Source of the DNA: Stylophora pistillata
Taxonomy: Eukaryota
Assembly: GCF_002571385.2 (NCBI RefSeq)
Contig: NW_019218008.1
Coordinates: 229,280-293,279, forward strand
DNA length: 64,000 nucleotides
Direction: 5' to 3'
Both the position numbers and the translations under genes were made by a program. The notes under the pieces were generated by a model. The model had not been told where the DNA came from. It made no database searches and worked only from the letters and a program-made list of their open reading frames with translations. Positions 10,937 to 24,882 of this stretch are shown piece after piece; the first letter of the stretch is position 1; every line of letters starts with the position of its first letter.

Positions 10937-13900
10937 ATGCCAAGCCGGCGAAAATCTGGCAAAAATGCTCCGATTCTTAGCCATGAATTTGTGATAACAA
11001 ATCATGGAGATATAGTCTCCTGTGTATGTATGGTTTTCATGATCGGGCTGATGTTCCAGGTAAAGTAATACTTAGTTTTCTCGCCGACCATCTCGCACAA
11101 GATCCATGAATTCTTCTTTCTCAATTGGCTGAATTTAAATTTTTTTCTTCTGGTTCTGTCTTACCAGGCAACATCGAAAGTGGCGACTGTTTTTATCGCA
11201 CCTCAACACAATGTGTCGCGATCTCTGAATGGTACGTAGAAATAAAATACTATCATGTGTTTTTCGTGTAAGAAATTCAATTAACTACATCCGTTTAGGA
11301 GACAAGCGACAGTTAACAGCACGTGAACCACATGTAGCCAATTCTAAATGGTATTTTTCCCTATCCTGGGGGATCAATCAAGTGTACATCACAATCCTTT
11401 AGCTGCCATTAGACTGCTAAATTAAGATCTTGCTTTCTTTCAAAAGCTTCATCAATTATTACCTTTACCCTGTAGGTTTAAATCGTAAGCTGTCGTGTGC
11501 ATCTTTGATTGGTCATTTTAGGCAGACAATAGAAAGATACAACCTCGTTGTAAATGCTCCTTTTTTTGCACAGTAAATTGTACACTCAAATTAACGTAAT
11601 GTCGTTTTTCATAGAAATCTTCTTGAAAGATAAAACAATCTTTCAGATTAAATAATTTCTTCAATTTTTCTCTCCAACCTTAACACGATTTGAGATCTGT
11701 ATATTCGTCTGTGCAACTGAATTGTGTTGATAACTTACACAGATTCTTACGGACTGTTAATATGTCTTTTGAGTTTAGTGCATACATTTTTTATACTGTG
11801 ATAGCCTTTATGGTTAACCAAAAGTTTGTATCTATAAAATGATAATGTATGATTTGCAAACCAGCCCAGTAGAAAACAAGATAATTTGATTTATTAACTG
11901 GGTTGTTTATGTAACTTGGCCATTGTAAAAGGTTTTTAAAACTGACGTTTTGGGCATAGCCCTGGTCAGTATAAATAAGTCCTTTCAGTGGCTAATTTAC
12001 ATTATCACCCCCATTGAAAAACCAAATTATCTTGGAATACCCCCTCCCCCCACCAATGCAGCACCACAGTTTGTTTAGAAAGTTTCTTCCCTTATTCTGT
12101 AAGAAACAAGCCCCTAGTATTTAAGGAGAAATTATTTTGTTATATAGTTTCTAACAAAAAAATTAAATATTTCCATCTCATTGCTTTGATCCCAAGATAC
12201 CAAATAATTACATAAACAGTTAGTACTTTCATTTATTATTTCCCCGATATAATTACTATAAATATTTCAAGAAACATGAAAAGAAAAGTACTTTGGAAAT
12301 TTAGGGTATTCTTATACAATTGTTTAATTCTTTATGTTAAAGTGTTTGGAGATCTTGATATTTAAATTATTCAATCCTCCAGGAACAGAAGACTTGCCAA
12401 CCAAATACACAAATGGACCAAAGGATTTTTGCACCATTTTCTTTTATTCAATGGCATGGATTGTGGTGCATGCAATCATTCAGGAATATGTCTGGGATGT
12501 AAGCAATTCAAATTATGAATAGTTTTGTTATTGTGAAGAAGCAAAGTTATTAATGACCGACCTTTGTTCACTTTACTTTGCTGGTTGCAGAAAGTGTCCA
12601 GGAAACTTCGTCTATCAAAGACAAGAAATACAAAATTCAATGATTCTGGAACTTTACTTCCTTTATATTTCTTCTTTGCTGCTTGGGGAGCTGATATTAT
12701 AGTGAAGGTAAGATGTTGTAATATGGAAGACCTGTGCCAGATTCAGGGCATGTTTCTAACATGTCATAATTATATTTTGCTAGAAAAGAGTGAACTTCCA
12801 AATAAATGAAATATTGACAATTCTGTTTAAGAGGTAAAAGGAAGGTGAAGTATTTCTTTTTGCCATTACTGGTCAGTTATGATTTTTTGATGACCATCCA
12901 CTATGGCTTTTAACTCGGGCCTTTGCTTGGCTTTTTATTTCGTATTAAAATTTAATTCAAAGAGAATTACTTTAACCAGGGTAATTCTTGTGGGAAGCCT
13001 CTTTCTTTAAATTTGTCTCATTTTGCAGCAACATTTCCACAACAACTACAACAACAATAAAACATTCATGAAACAAATTTTGTGTTGTTAAAGTTGCTTC
13101 CAAGTTGAGAATCAAAGTAATTGCAAACTTTCATCCCTTCTTTTTTTTTTTTTTTTACTTTAGGAAGGATTTATTCCAAATATTTCAAAGCTCTGGGAAG
13201 GTTATCCACACAATGAAATGTCGTAAGTTCACATTATTTGTCTTTTCCTCTTGAATAATCAACTTGTGTATCTGGAACTATTTTGCTTGACTGTGAAAAA
13301 TTATCTTGGGATGAATTTTAAAAATTGGTTACTCATTTGATGCTACATAGGAATAGATAAAAAGCTGTGTCCATGAGGTTTCCCAACTCTGTCTTTGCCC
13401 AACAGCTGAAAATAGATCAATTTACTTATGATGCATGATCCTCGCAGTAGAGAGCGCTATTTATGCAATAGCGAAAATCAGACCTGAAAAAAATCAGGCC
13501 TGTATGGGATTCGAACCACTGACCTCTGCGATACTAGTGCAGCGCTCTACCAATTGAGCTAACAAGCCAACTGGGAGCAGGCTGTTAAGTTGATTCGTAG
13601 TAAATCCGTGATGATAAATCAGATACATCTTGTTAGCTCAATTGGTAGAGCGCTGCACTAGTATTGCAGAGGTCAGTGGTTCAAATCCCGTACAGGCCTG
13701 ACTTTTTTCAGGTCTGATTTTCGCTATTGCATAAATAGCACTCTGTACTGCGAGGATCATGCATCATACGTATCTAATACCGCAGTTCAAAATATATGAA
13801 CTTCATATATACATTGTATATAGATCAATTTATTGACATAGGTTTGGTGAATTATCATTTTTCCTTTAGATTCACACTCAAGTTCTACTTCATCCTTCAA

Positions 13901-16590
13901 ATTTCCTTTTGGGTGCACTGCTTTCCAGAACTGTACTTCACAAGAGCAAAAAGGGTAAGAATCAATGGCATAATACAGTATTACTGTAATAAAAAACACA
14001 CACACTTCTCATAAAGAGTAGGGAACAAATAGCTCCCTGTGTTGTGGTTTGGCCTGATGTTTCTGAAAATTCCTAAATTGGGGGTGCGTGCAAAAGTTCC
14101 TTTCAAAAATTTGAAACTGCTCAATGCAGTCTGAACAAAATCTCTTGCAAAGTGCATTAAAGCATATTATCATGGAAAAAGCGTTAAAAAAATACGTCAT
14201 CATAGTCATTTAAGACAAAAAGGAAACATCATACCATGAGTTGACGTTCAGAAAAAAAATTCAAGTGATTATTTGTTTCCTATGATTTCTTGTTTATCTT
14301 TGCAGGAAGAAATTTTCCCCAAAGTTCAGTTGTACATTGAATATCTGTTATTTATCTGGGCTGCCTACATGCTGAAGTAAGTCTTTGTTCATTAATTATT
14401 TAAGATATATTGTTTTATTCATAAGTGTTCCTATCCGGTTCCATGTGTTAATACTTTAAGTATTAAAAATTGCTTTGTAAATAGATGTCACTTTGATTTA
14501 GTGTTCTAGAACTATACTTGTTTACAGAGTCAGAGAGTTACAGTACAATGCAATAATAATTTCTTTATTTTGTTGCCAGCTTTACTCATGTCACCCTGTG
14601 CTGCCTGGTTGTTCATTATTCAGTAGAGACTTTGTACCATGGACTGAGAATGTTAAACATCAGCGGAAAGGCAGATGTTGCTCAGAGCTTGTAAGTTAAC
14701 CACCATTTTGTCCTGAATTCTTTCCTTCCTTTGGTAGAATTTTCCTCTTATCATTTTAAGACTTTAGATAAGTTCTACTCTGCAGCTGAGACTGACTCAA
14801 ATATCTGCTGGATCTCTCCCACAAGAGTACTGCTAGCCCTCTAAACAGGACACTGACCATTGCAGGTTACCCCCTCTCCTCCCCTCCCAGGCTACCCCTT
14901 CCCTATCATGTTTTCCTGGCAGTTTGCCAGAACCCATTTATTCAATTTGGTACAGAGAGACACTGATAGAGAATGACGTGTCCTGCAAGAAAAATGACAA
15001 AAGGACTCAAATGCTTGGTCTCAAATGCATTCATTCGGATGCATAATATGACACACCAACCACTGAAATGGCCTCAGTCAGTGCTGTGCTATTTCACAAT
15101 TGAGGTAACTTTTCAGACAATTCAAATTGGTCAAACTATAGTACACTTGTCACTGTCTTTTCCTTGATTGTGGGAAAACTCTAATGTAACCCCAACTTGA
15201 TAAGATAAGTGTTTGTGTTCACTGGCCACAACAATGTTCACTTCTTTTTTCATTTTAGGTTCTGGGTGTGGACTGTCCTATTTGCAATTGCCCGTTTTGC
15301 AATCATTGCCCTTACTGTCATGACTTTCTGGTAAGTAATAACCATTTTGTTATTTTTATTTTTTTTTTAAATTAATGTAATCTGCAATTCCATGTACACT
15401 GATGGTACCTCAACTTGGAGAAGAATTTTCCAACACCTATTTGTTTGTGGCCAAGAGATATACAGTCAGACGGTGATGCGAAGTGTGGTCAGATATGGAG
15501 AGAAAGTTTAAAAATCTTTCTTCTCCAGGATTTGCATGTTAATGACCTGTTTTGCTTTGACCATCAGTGACTAGATAGAAGTTGTTACTTTTTTTTTTAA
15601 ATTTAGTTAATTTGTCAGTCATCTTTTTATATCAATGGTTGTCAGTGGCATGTGGCATTCACTTTAAGTCTCTTTTGTAAGCTAGACAATGTTTAAATTG
15701 TTTCCTTTTATAAAACAGGTATGGACTTCCCCGTCTGGACAATGCTGGTCTAAATGTGGATGTAGGAAACTTTAACAGTCCACCAATACGGTGAGAAAAC
15801 TTCTCTGCCATCCTTGTTGAAGTCACTTCTCTAACATGCTCATTATTGGTGCTGGGGTGTGGCCAATCTAGCAAGAGGTCTGCAAGGGCACTGGCACTAG
15901 TGTCAGCCCTTTCACTAGCTTTCCTTGCTCAAGGCCTCAAACTTTCTTGCAAACACAGGAATGCTCATGTCAAAGCTGCTATCACTTATCCCAAAAGGAC
16001 AACACATTGCTCTGTTAAAGGTTGTAGCTAAATACAAGGTCACTGTACCAAGAATACAAAACATTCACTTGTACAGTAACAAATTAAAAAGACAAATCAA
16101 AACAAAGGGAGAGGTGTTGATGACAACAAAGCAACCATCTGAAATGCAGGTAAATGTGACCGGTGAAGTCAAGATTGGTTTAGGTTCGCTCTCATTGGCT
16201 GAGAGGTTGCTGTTAGTTTTTGCAACCAATCACTCAGTAAAGTAAAACAAAACAAAATGCAGTTGTGGATTAGTTCCCCCACTGAACTGGGAATTGTTCT
16301 TATTCATAAAAATCTAATTTTTTTTCAGACTTGCTGCTATGGCTGCAGTTATTCTCATGCAAGCCTGGCTGGCATGGAATTTCATCTGGTATCAGATCAA
16401 GCTGTGGCGTGAGCGTGTAAGTGCTGCCACACCCTCCAAGAAGAAAGACACTAAGAAGAAAAGCAAGAAGGACAGTGACAAGAAGAAGAAAGAGGAAAGT
16501 GTTGTTGAGGAAAGTGATGAAATGGAAGCTGAGGAATATGAAAAAACAAATGGTTCACCAAAGGCTGGCGGCAAAGCTAAAAGATCTTAA
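10937..16590 (+). CDS. TRAM1: Translocating chain-associated membrane protein 1 (TRAM/LAG1/CLN8 domain)
   Basis: Exons 10937-11059, 11168-11231, 12383-12498, 12591-12707, 13164-13222, 13870-13954, 14306-14376, 14580-14690, 15259-15330, 15719-15790, 16329-16590. Hallmarks: [56 protein letters not shown]; C-terminal KxKxx (KAKRS) ER-retrieval motif. Confidence 0.93.
13427..13768. mobile_element. Palindromic tRNA-derived repeat (two inverted ~140-bp tRNA-like arms)
   Basis: 13427-13566 is the near-perfect reverse complement of 13629-13768. Each arm has an A-box (TAGCTCAATTGGTAGAGC) and a B-box-like motif (GGTTC[GA]AATCCC). Confidence 0.85.
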
Positions 16591-18009
16591 GTTATTGTGT
16601 TTGTACTTCCCTCCCTGTCATCTAATAGATAGAGGGGAATGAAAAGGTTTGATAATTTATGTTGAATAAATGGCTAACGGAAAGTAGGATTGAAGTGTGT
16701 GCTTTGTTACATGTTAACATTTTGAAGGGAAGCCCTTTTTTCTGATTCTGTTGTTATTATGATAATTATTATAAGACCAACTGCCTGTATTTTTAGTGCC
16801 AAAATGGATGTCAGAAAAAAATTTTCCTCAAGGAAATGTTTCCCTGTACTAGGAAATTGCAGCCACCTCTCAACAATCCAAGCTCAACATCATTTGCTTG
16901 AATAATTATTCCCTGTAACTATATGTAGGAAGGTGGCTGGCCGTAAAAGGAGAAACGGTGATGGAATAATAAAGAAAGCTTCCACCTCTGGGACAGGGTG
17001 TTGTGAAACTGACGAAAATGTCTTAAAATGTGAAGTTTTGTTTGAACTAATAAGAAGCAAGCCCCAAAATCTACAAATAGTGAAACAAATACAAGCAGTA
17101 TGGATGTTTGAATTTATTTTCCTCTAGGCACTATTTTGTATCATATGACTTCATATAGTTGCAGCTATTGTCACAAATTGATATTCCTTTAGTTTGCTAG
17201 AGCTTTGAGGGGATCAGTGATGGCCATCATGACACATCCCATGATGTAATGTGGTTGCACACTAATTACAAAAATTAGATATTTCTCACTTAATTAATAT
17301 ACTTCACTCCCATATATGCCACCAAAATTTTATTGAGAAGGTTGTTTTTGGTAATTTATCAAGAGCCTGTCCTGAGTGAGGAGGTTTTCATTTATTGTGG
17401 TCTCTTTGTTATTTGTAACATTACTAATAGCTACAATGAGTGGTAAAAGTATTTGACACACTTACGGTAACTCAGTGGTTGACAACCTTCCACGCAACAT
17501 ATAATAAACAGGAATATTTTATTTCATCTCTAATAAGTTTCTTAAAAGTCCCCTCTTCCCCCCAGACAATGTTGACAAAAATTAGTGAATATTTTGTTAA
17601 CATCAGGAAACATTGAAATGGGGGCAAGTGGGAGATGAATGAAAGTTAAAGAAAAATGTAAAAAACACTTTTAGTAGACCACGCTGAGACTTTAGGCACT
17701 CATTGTTTCAAAGTTCATTTGTTCATTTCCCCTATTCCTCTCCAGTTGTCCTAAAAGTCATTTTTCAACCATCCTTTGTCAATGTTCAGCCTTGTATTGT
17801 AACCATTAAGCTTCTCATATCAACTTGAATGAAAATAAACAATCATGGAAGGTTGCTTGGTTGTTGATTTAAAATCATTTTAATTTCTGCCTGACAGATC
17901 TTGTTGAGGTTTAACCGTAAAAAATGGTGTTAGGTTTAGGGAGAAATAAAAGAGAATATTAGATCGAATTAATTGGGAAAAAAGTTAAAAGTTACACGTA
18001 CATGGATGG

Positions 18010-18219
18010 CATGTACTAAAACCAGGAACACCGGAACACCCCGGAACAACAACAACATTTGTTTATACCACAAAGAAATAACATTAAGAAACTATATATT
18101 TAGCGCCTGCTTCTAGCTTCTAAGCTCTTTTGTGTCACGTGGGTAAACAAATTACATCTACATTTTATTTTTTTACACCGCCACATTCGGTGTTCCGGTG
18201 TTCCTGGTTTTAGTACATG
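18010..18219. mobile_element. MITE with ~31-bp terminal inverted repeats
   Basis: CATGTACTAAAACCAGGAACACCGGAACACC ... GGTGTTCCGGTGTTCCTGGTTTTAGTACATG. Confidence 0.8.
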
Positions 18220-18707
18220 ACTACATGGATGGAAACAAAGTTATAATTAACTACTTGTAATTCAACAATTAAAATATTTTTTTTCTCAATGTAATCTATG
18301 GTTTTGATGCGTATTTGGTTTATCCCGTGGTGACCCTCTAAAAAGAAACGTGTGGTGATTTGTGCATCTGAAAGATTCTGAATCGATTTAATAGTGGCCA
18401 TTTTTCCCTTTGTTCACTATTGTCTTCTCTGTGTCTTTCAAATACACGACAAATTGTTTGACAAGTAACTGGGAATTATTGTGTCTGTTGATTTAAACAC
18501 GAAGGCGCGCTATTTAAGGAAGTGTTCCCTGGGAAGACCTAGGCTCATTTGTCACTCACCGTTGACGTGTGCGGGTCAAATTCAGATGCTGGTAGACGAA
18601 CAAAAAGAGCTGATGAGATATCTATTGTTCACTTCCACCAGCATGGTGGCACGAGGTAACGTGCAAACCACCTACTTCGATCTCAAATTTACCGCCACAA
18701 ATAATTA

Positions 18708-19177
18708 ATAAATGGTAAACACCACAGCGTACACTATTGAGTTATGGATGCACTCGGGAGGTTTGCTAAGCACTCAAGNNNNNNNNNNNNNNNNNNNNNN
18801 NNNNNNNNNNNNNNNNNNNNNNNNNNNNNNNNNNNNNNNNNNNNNNNNNNNNNNNNNNNNNNNNNNNNNNNNNNNNNNNNNNNNNNNNNNNNNNNNNNNN
18901 NNNNNNNNNNNNNNNNNNNNNNNNNNNNNNNNNNNNNNNNNNNNNNNNNNNNNNNNNNNNNNNNNNNNNNNNNNNNNNNNNNNNNNTAACATAACATTGA
19001 TACATTGTAGCTAAAGAGTTCCCTTTTATTTAACAAATCTTACGAGACCAGAAAAGACAAGCGCGCGCGGAAAAATAGTCTTTGCATTTGCTCACGTCAG
19101 CAGCGTACACCCATGGGCAAATGGGGGAAGCTAAATTGACCAAATCAGAGCGCGCGCTCTACTTTGGTTATGTTATA
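18708..19177. repeat. Repeat family copy spanning a gap; related inverted pieces at 20280-20660
   Basis: 18987-19177 is reverse-complementary to ~20342-20533, and 18710-18778 recurs at ~20539-20608. Confidence 0.75.
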
Positions 19178-19839
19178 AATTGTGTTATCATGGGGCGTAT
19201 TTTGTGATGACTAGGCCTTCACTTGATTTCCAAACAGATTATGTAACAAAAAGTATAGGAAGTGTTCTCATGTCAAACGGTGTCGTAAACTTTATCTTAT
19301 ACATGCTGCGGATGAAAGACTTCAGCACCTATGTAAAGAAACTGTTCTACTGTCATGGCAGTAACGCTCGCGGCCAAAACAGTCTGCTGGTGAAAGATTT
19401 GAAATGAATTTGCCTCATAGCCAATAAGCGGCCTGACAGTCCTTGAGTTTCTGTGAACGCGGGATTAAAAGTAGATGGTAATTGCTGTCATGAAAACTAA
19501 CCTCTCACACCAATATAAAACCCTTTCTCTTAAGTAATATTCTTGAGGATATATATCCGAATGAAAAGTAATTGGATGAAGAAACCGCACTACTAATATA
19601 AATGCCAGATTTGATTAAAATGAAGACCAGAAAAGTAAGCCCGTGGACTGGACTGGACTGGACTGTTCGTGATACCAGAAGTTCACTACGCCACATAATC
19701 AGATGCAAAACTTAAGCTTGAAGCGACTTGGTCTCTCAAGTTTGAGTCGTTTTCTCGCTTTAAACTCGTTTTCTTAAGGGCTCCTGTGGTATTTACCTTT
19801 ATTCCTTTGGCCTACACTTCATCAAAAATCGTCAGTATT

Positions 19840-20061
19840 TAGGGGCCGACCATTTAACTTTTGAGGGGGGGTGGTGGGTGATTTCTGGTCGTCAAGAAAT
19901 TTTTTTTCCAGCAATCTGCTGTGCAGGATATTTTTTCCGATTTTTTGGTACATTTTTTCTGTTACACCTGGGCTGCATGCAACTTCCAACAAGCGCTTGC
20001 AGGAAATTTTTTTTCAAAATCACCCACCCCCTCCCCTCAAAAGTTAAATGGTCGGCCCCTT
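19840..20061. mobile_element. MITE with ~40-bp TIRs
   Basis: AGGGGCCGACCATTTAACTTTTGAGGGG ... CCCCTCAAAAGTTAAATGGTCGGCCCCT. Confidence 0.85.
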
Positions 20062-20973
20062 ATATGCTCTTGCTTGAGGAATGTTTTCGAATTTTAACGA
20101 AAGATAACTAAAAAATAATCAAGATTAAAAACCACAGTCATCTCAAGTTATATCATTTTCCCTTTTATGTGATAGATATGCATAAGAACTGTTTACAAGA
20201 GGTTGAAAAATACTTTGTTTTAAGTAGATAGGAATACAGTTTCAAAACAAAAACGTAAAGTAATATGATTTAAACTGTAACGCTTCTTACGCTTCTTTCG
20301 TGCTTAGCAACCTCCCGCGCGCATCCATAACTCAATAGTGGTTATAACATAACCAAAGTAAAGCGTGCGCTCTGATTGGTCAATTTAGCGTTCCCCATTT
20401 GCCCATGGGTGTACGCTGCTGACGTGAGCAAATGCAAAGACTATTTTTCCTCGCGCGCTTGTTTTTTCTGGTCACGTAAGATTTGTTAAATAAAAGGGAG
20501 CTCTTTAGCTACAATGTATCAATGTTATGTTATAAGACAAATGGTAAACACCACAGCGTACACTATTGAGTTATGGATGCACTTGGGAGGTTTGCTAAGC
20601 ACTCAAGAGGCTAGAGTCGCTCTCGGCTTCGCGTCGCGCGACTCTTACGCTTCTTTTGTGAAAAAGACTGGAAAGGATAAAACAAAGTTACAAAGGTACT
20701 CACATTGGTTAAAGAATTTTGCGTAAGGTTGAGAAAACGAGAGGGCGAAAGTTTACCAAGACTATTCAAAACTTACGAAGAACTGATTAAAGGGACGCTA
20801 AACTTGCCTTTTATATGCGCGTGGTGACACTGAAAGGTCCGATTACAGAACCAATAGAAATACAGAAAAATAGGTAAGCATTGTAACTATGAGGCTATCT
20901 AAGATCATTCTGAAATTAGTGAACTAATCAATAATCAATCAAAAAATGAGCCTTCTGGCCAATGTCCTTAACA

Positions 20974-21005
<32 letters not shown>

Positions 21006-21785
21006 GTTCATAGCTTTTACTTCATACACTCCCGTCCCCTCCCTTTATATACGTTTCTTAGCACTTTAACTTTTTATGACAGTCTATTTACCAACACGGA
21101 AGCGAATCAAACACACGTTTCGCCGGATTTATTCTAGGTCTCCACGTTGCACAATTTCCACTCACATTCCCTTTATTTCTCTAACGTTCTAATTTCCTGT
21201 TTCGCATGAACGGAAGTCTCCTTTTAGTAAACTGCCAATGGGGTGTTATTAGTTCCACTACATTCTGTGTATCTTGATTTCAGATTTTCTTTCTTTCAAT
21301 TCTATTGCAGTCACGTAGTGCTCGCACGAACCACAGCTGAACGATTTGTAAGTTCAATGTGTGCTTTAATTTCGTTTATAAAATGACTAAGGTACAACGA
21401 GCGCCCTGTTGGTCACAAACCTATCGTTTATTGCATCGGTTAACCCATAGAAAATTGCAACATAGTTATTTTGTTTGCCTCCGGCTCGTGATCAACAAAC
21501 TTTTCCCGTGTCCTTCCAACATCCCGTCCGGGGTTATTACGCCGGTAAAACGATAGAAAGTGCGGTCTATTGCTTAATCATTTTTCCATCGCTCTTCTTT
21601 CTTGGCTTCACAAACACAAAGTCTCCTGTTAGTATGACTTCAATTATAGTTATCATTTGCTTGCTTGCTTGCTTATTCTTTGTTTCCTAATGATAATTCA
21701 GCGCATGGATACCTCCATATCTTCTCACCATGAGTTTCTGTTAAGTCACGTACTTCTCTCATAAAACAAACCGTCCGTATAGATT

Positions 21786-21884
21786 CTAGCACTTAATACC
21801 AACACTAGCACTTAATACCAACACTAGCACTTAATACCAACACTAGCACTTTTAAAACACCAACACTAGCACTTAATATCCAAC
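21786..21884. repeat. 19-bp tandem repeat (CTAGCACTTAATACCAACA, ~5 units) at the edge of the Dmrt duplication
   Basis: Direct units visible. The paralogous position (~24410) carries only one degenerate unit. Confidence 0.85.
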
Positions 21885-22551
21885 CGTATCTTTAATTTTT
21901 CAACAACGGTTGCAGAAATACAAATTAACTGGAACAAGATTTTTTATCATTGTTTGTGTTAAAAACAACGTAAAGAAGAAAATGTTCGTGTTTCAAGAAA
22001 AATTTGTATCAAAAGTAACTGAGTTCATCAGGTTAAATAATTTTTCGTAAAATAAATTGACGATTAGTTGTAACTCTCTATCTGGAAAATGCTTCAAACT
22101 AAAATTAAATTTCCAGTGAAGGGTATAAAACATTACATCATAATTTAAGTGTAAGTTATATAAACAATCCTACCACTGCACATTTAGCATTTCATGAATA
22201 TCCTATAAAAAAAAAAAAAAAAAAAANNNNNNNNNNNNNNNNTATATAATCATTAGGGCAAAGAGTAACAAGACGAGTTTCTTAATTTCTTTTTCGAGCT
22301 TCAAATAAACAAGCAAAAAAAAACAACTCAGAAGTTGCAACAATTCTACTAAAAGTATGAACATATTTTCCATGCACGTTTGAAGAAAATCCATTTGCAT
22401 TGTCAATGATCAGTTTTACTCAAAGAAAACCAAGCTAAGATAGCGAGACTGTACGACTCACTTCAACCAAACGTAAAGAAACACTAGATGATAACGCCTG
22501 ATTTTAACCAAAGAAAAAATATCACTTGGTAAACTGACAAACAACATAGGC

Positions 22552-22855
22552 CTACGTACAAAATACGCAAAACATTATTCTCGTACCTTGAATTGGTTCA
22601 ACAGTGGTTGAAATGCAGTGAGTATTACTGTTTTTTATAGCTTTCATCTGTTGTCGCCGAAGGTAAACTTGCTTTTTCATAACACCCCTATGTTCGCGTC
22701 CCTTGACACATAGCTTGCAGTGACAGTTCAAGAACGGACAGAGCCGTTTATGACCTTTCATGTTTGTTCGGATTCCATGATTTCTGCAGATCGTGCAGGA
22801 ACGCTTGCCTTTTTTTTTTAATGTGTTTCGGTTCTTCTTGAGGAACCAGGTCCAT
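22552..22855 (-). pseudogene. Dmrt paralog A: DM-domain exon 1 with a +1 frameshift in an A10 run; exon 2 absent from the assembly
   Basis: ATG at 22855 (MDLVPQEEPKHIKKK). A10 here versus AAGAAAAAA (9 nt) in paralog B shifts the frame just before CTICRNHG..KGHKRLC..C.C..C. Donor at 22587. Intron homology runs into a 17-N gap, beyond which the sequence matches DNA downstream of paralog B exon 2. Confidence 0.65.
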
Positions 22856-24882
22856 TTTGTTCTGCCGGTGAAAATAGCGGTCCGAAACAGGAATTTTTTT
22901 CTTCGGAGACGACGCCTTATATTGCTTCAGCTATCGGCAAAACTAAGCAAACTCTGTCTACAAGGCGGCCCTCCTATCCAGTCACTGACAAGCAAATGTC
23001 AGTCAAATCGAAATCTTGCTCATGATTGGCGAAGGTATTAAAGGTATCACGTGCGCGACTCGTGACATGGACAGAGAGACGTCCGTTCAAAACAATGAAG
23101 TGTTTGTTTTGAATGAATGCATGAATGAATGTCTGTCTGCACTTAGACAATCTGAAACTTTCCAAATATTCTGCTCTGATCAATTTGTTTTCCATATTCC
23201 ACGTTTTCAGAATTATCCTTCCTCTTGTACCCATTTTAAACTGGCTGGAAATAATTTACTTTTTCACGATCTACTTTAACGTACAGATTCCTTCGGACAG
23301 AGATGTTATTCAGTAATTTTTTTTCATCACCGTATCGTTCTTGGTCCTTTTATTACAACCAGACTATTATTTCGATCAGGAATTAAAAAATTTGTTCTGA
23401 TTTCGGATAAGCAATCACGATTACTGTTCGCCGCACTCGCTCTGCATGTTGAGCTTTCGATAACCTTTAATCCTGAATTTATTGAAAAAGCACTTTAAAC
23501 TTCAGGGATCTGTGCAGTAAAAAAATTAACTGTTAACTTATATTCTTGTGATGTATTTCATAACAATTTTGACAACACTTGTTGACAACACCTGTTCATT
23601 TCTCACACAGTAAACAGAGTTTTTCCTTGATTCCTTTTTCAAGTACTGTGATACTTTTAGAATTCTAAAAGATGTTGTGTAGCTGACTGCGCGGTAACTT
23701 GGGGAAAAAGCTTTCGGATTTTTTATGTTTATAGTAAAACAATTTCATTAAATGAATAATATATTGTAATGGACCTGAGTGGAGTCTAATTAGATCATAG
23801 GAGTGATTGACAAAATCTGGTGGACGACACAAAGTTCTGTTACCAATGAATCAAAATAACAATAAATCACATAATTTTTTCCAGTTAGTAATTCGAAAAG
23901 TAGCTGTAAAGCTTGCTCCGTCGGTCCCTGCACTGAATACGATATGGAAACATATAATAAACTCCTTTGATCTTCTTCTTACAAAACAATACAGAAAAAG
24001 TCAACTAACCCCTTTGAAGTGAGGTGTACAAGACAACTTTGTTGTGAGGTACAAAACCATTTCTATGACCGTGAGGAAATGCGACCACTTGTCGCCTTTC
24101 ACGGAGACGGCCTGCCTGGTGAGAGTGTACTGACATACATAAAATGTAACTCTGAAAACGAAGAAAATGTTTCTCCTGATATTTTACGTTTCCTTCTTGC
24201 TGTCAGCTACTGATACGTAAAAATTGTTGGACAAAGATTAAAATCACTAATCTCAAGATTAATTCAAACGCTTCAACATTACAATCCAGTCTAGTAAACG
24301 TTCTAAAACTCTAACAGACGCCCCTACTGACGCTTTGTCGTCTCGTCTTTTCTAGGCGAGGAAGGAACCTTAAAATGGCTTTAGAGGCGAACAAAAGGTT
24401 GCCTCCACCACACTAGCATTTAATTCTCAACTGTGTCTTTAATTTTTCAACAACGGTTGCAGAAATACAAATTAACTAGAACAAGATTTTTTTATCATTA
24501 TTTATGTTAAAAACAACCTAAAGTAACTGAGTTCATATGGTTAAAGAATTTTGCGTAAAATAAATTGACGAATAGTTGTAATTCTCAGTATGGAAAATGC
24601 TTCAAACGAACATTAACTTTCCCAGTAAAGGGTATAGAACATTACATCATAAGTGTAAGTTATAAAAACAATCCTACCACTGCATATTTAACATTTCATG
24701 ATTATCCTATTAAGAAAAAAAAAAAAGCCAAAAAGTTAAACATGTCGAAAACAAATATTCAATATTGAGACCGTTTCTATAGAAACAATATCTAACGGGA
24801 TTAAAATCAGATCTGAAGACACTGTGGTTGAATTTTTCCAGTGAGATTCAAAGCCGACACGAACCAAAAGTAATGAAAGTAG

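Noticed and set aside
13629-13702. tRNA-Thr(AGT)-like gene
   Set aside because: The acceptor stem is imperfect and similarity extends well beyond the tRNA into an inverted twin, so it is a tRNA-derived repeat.
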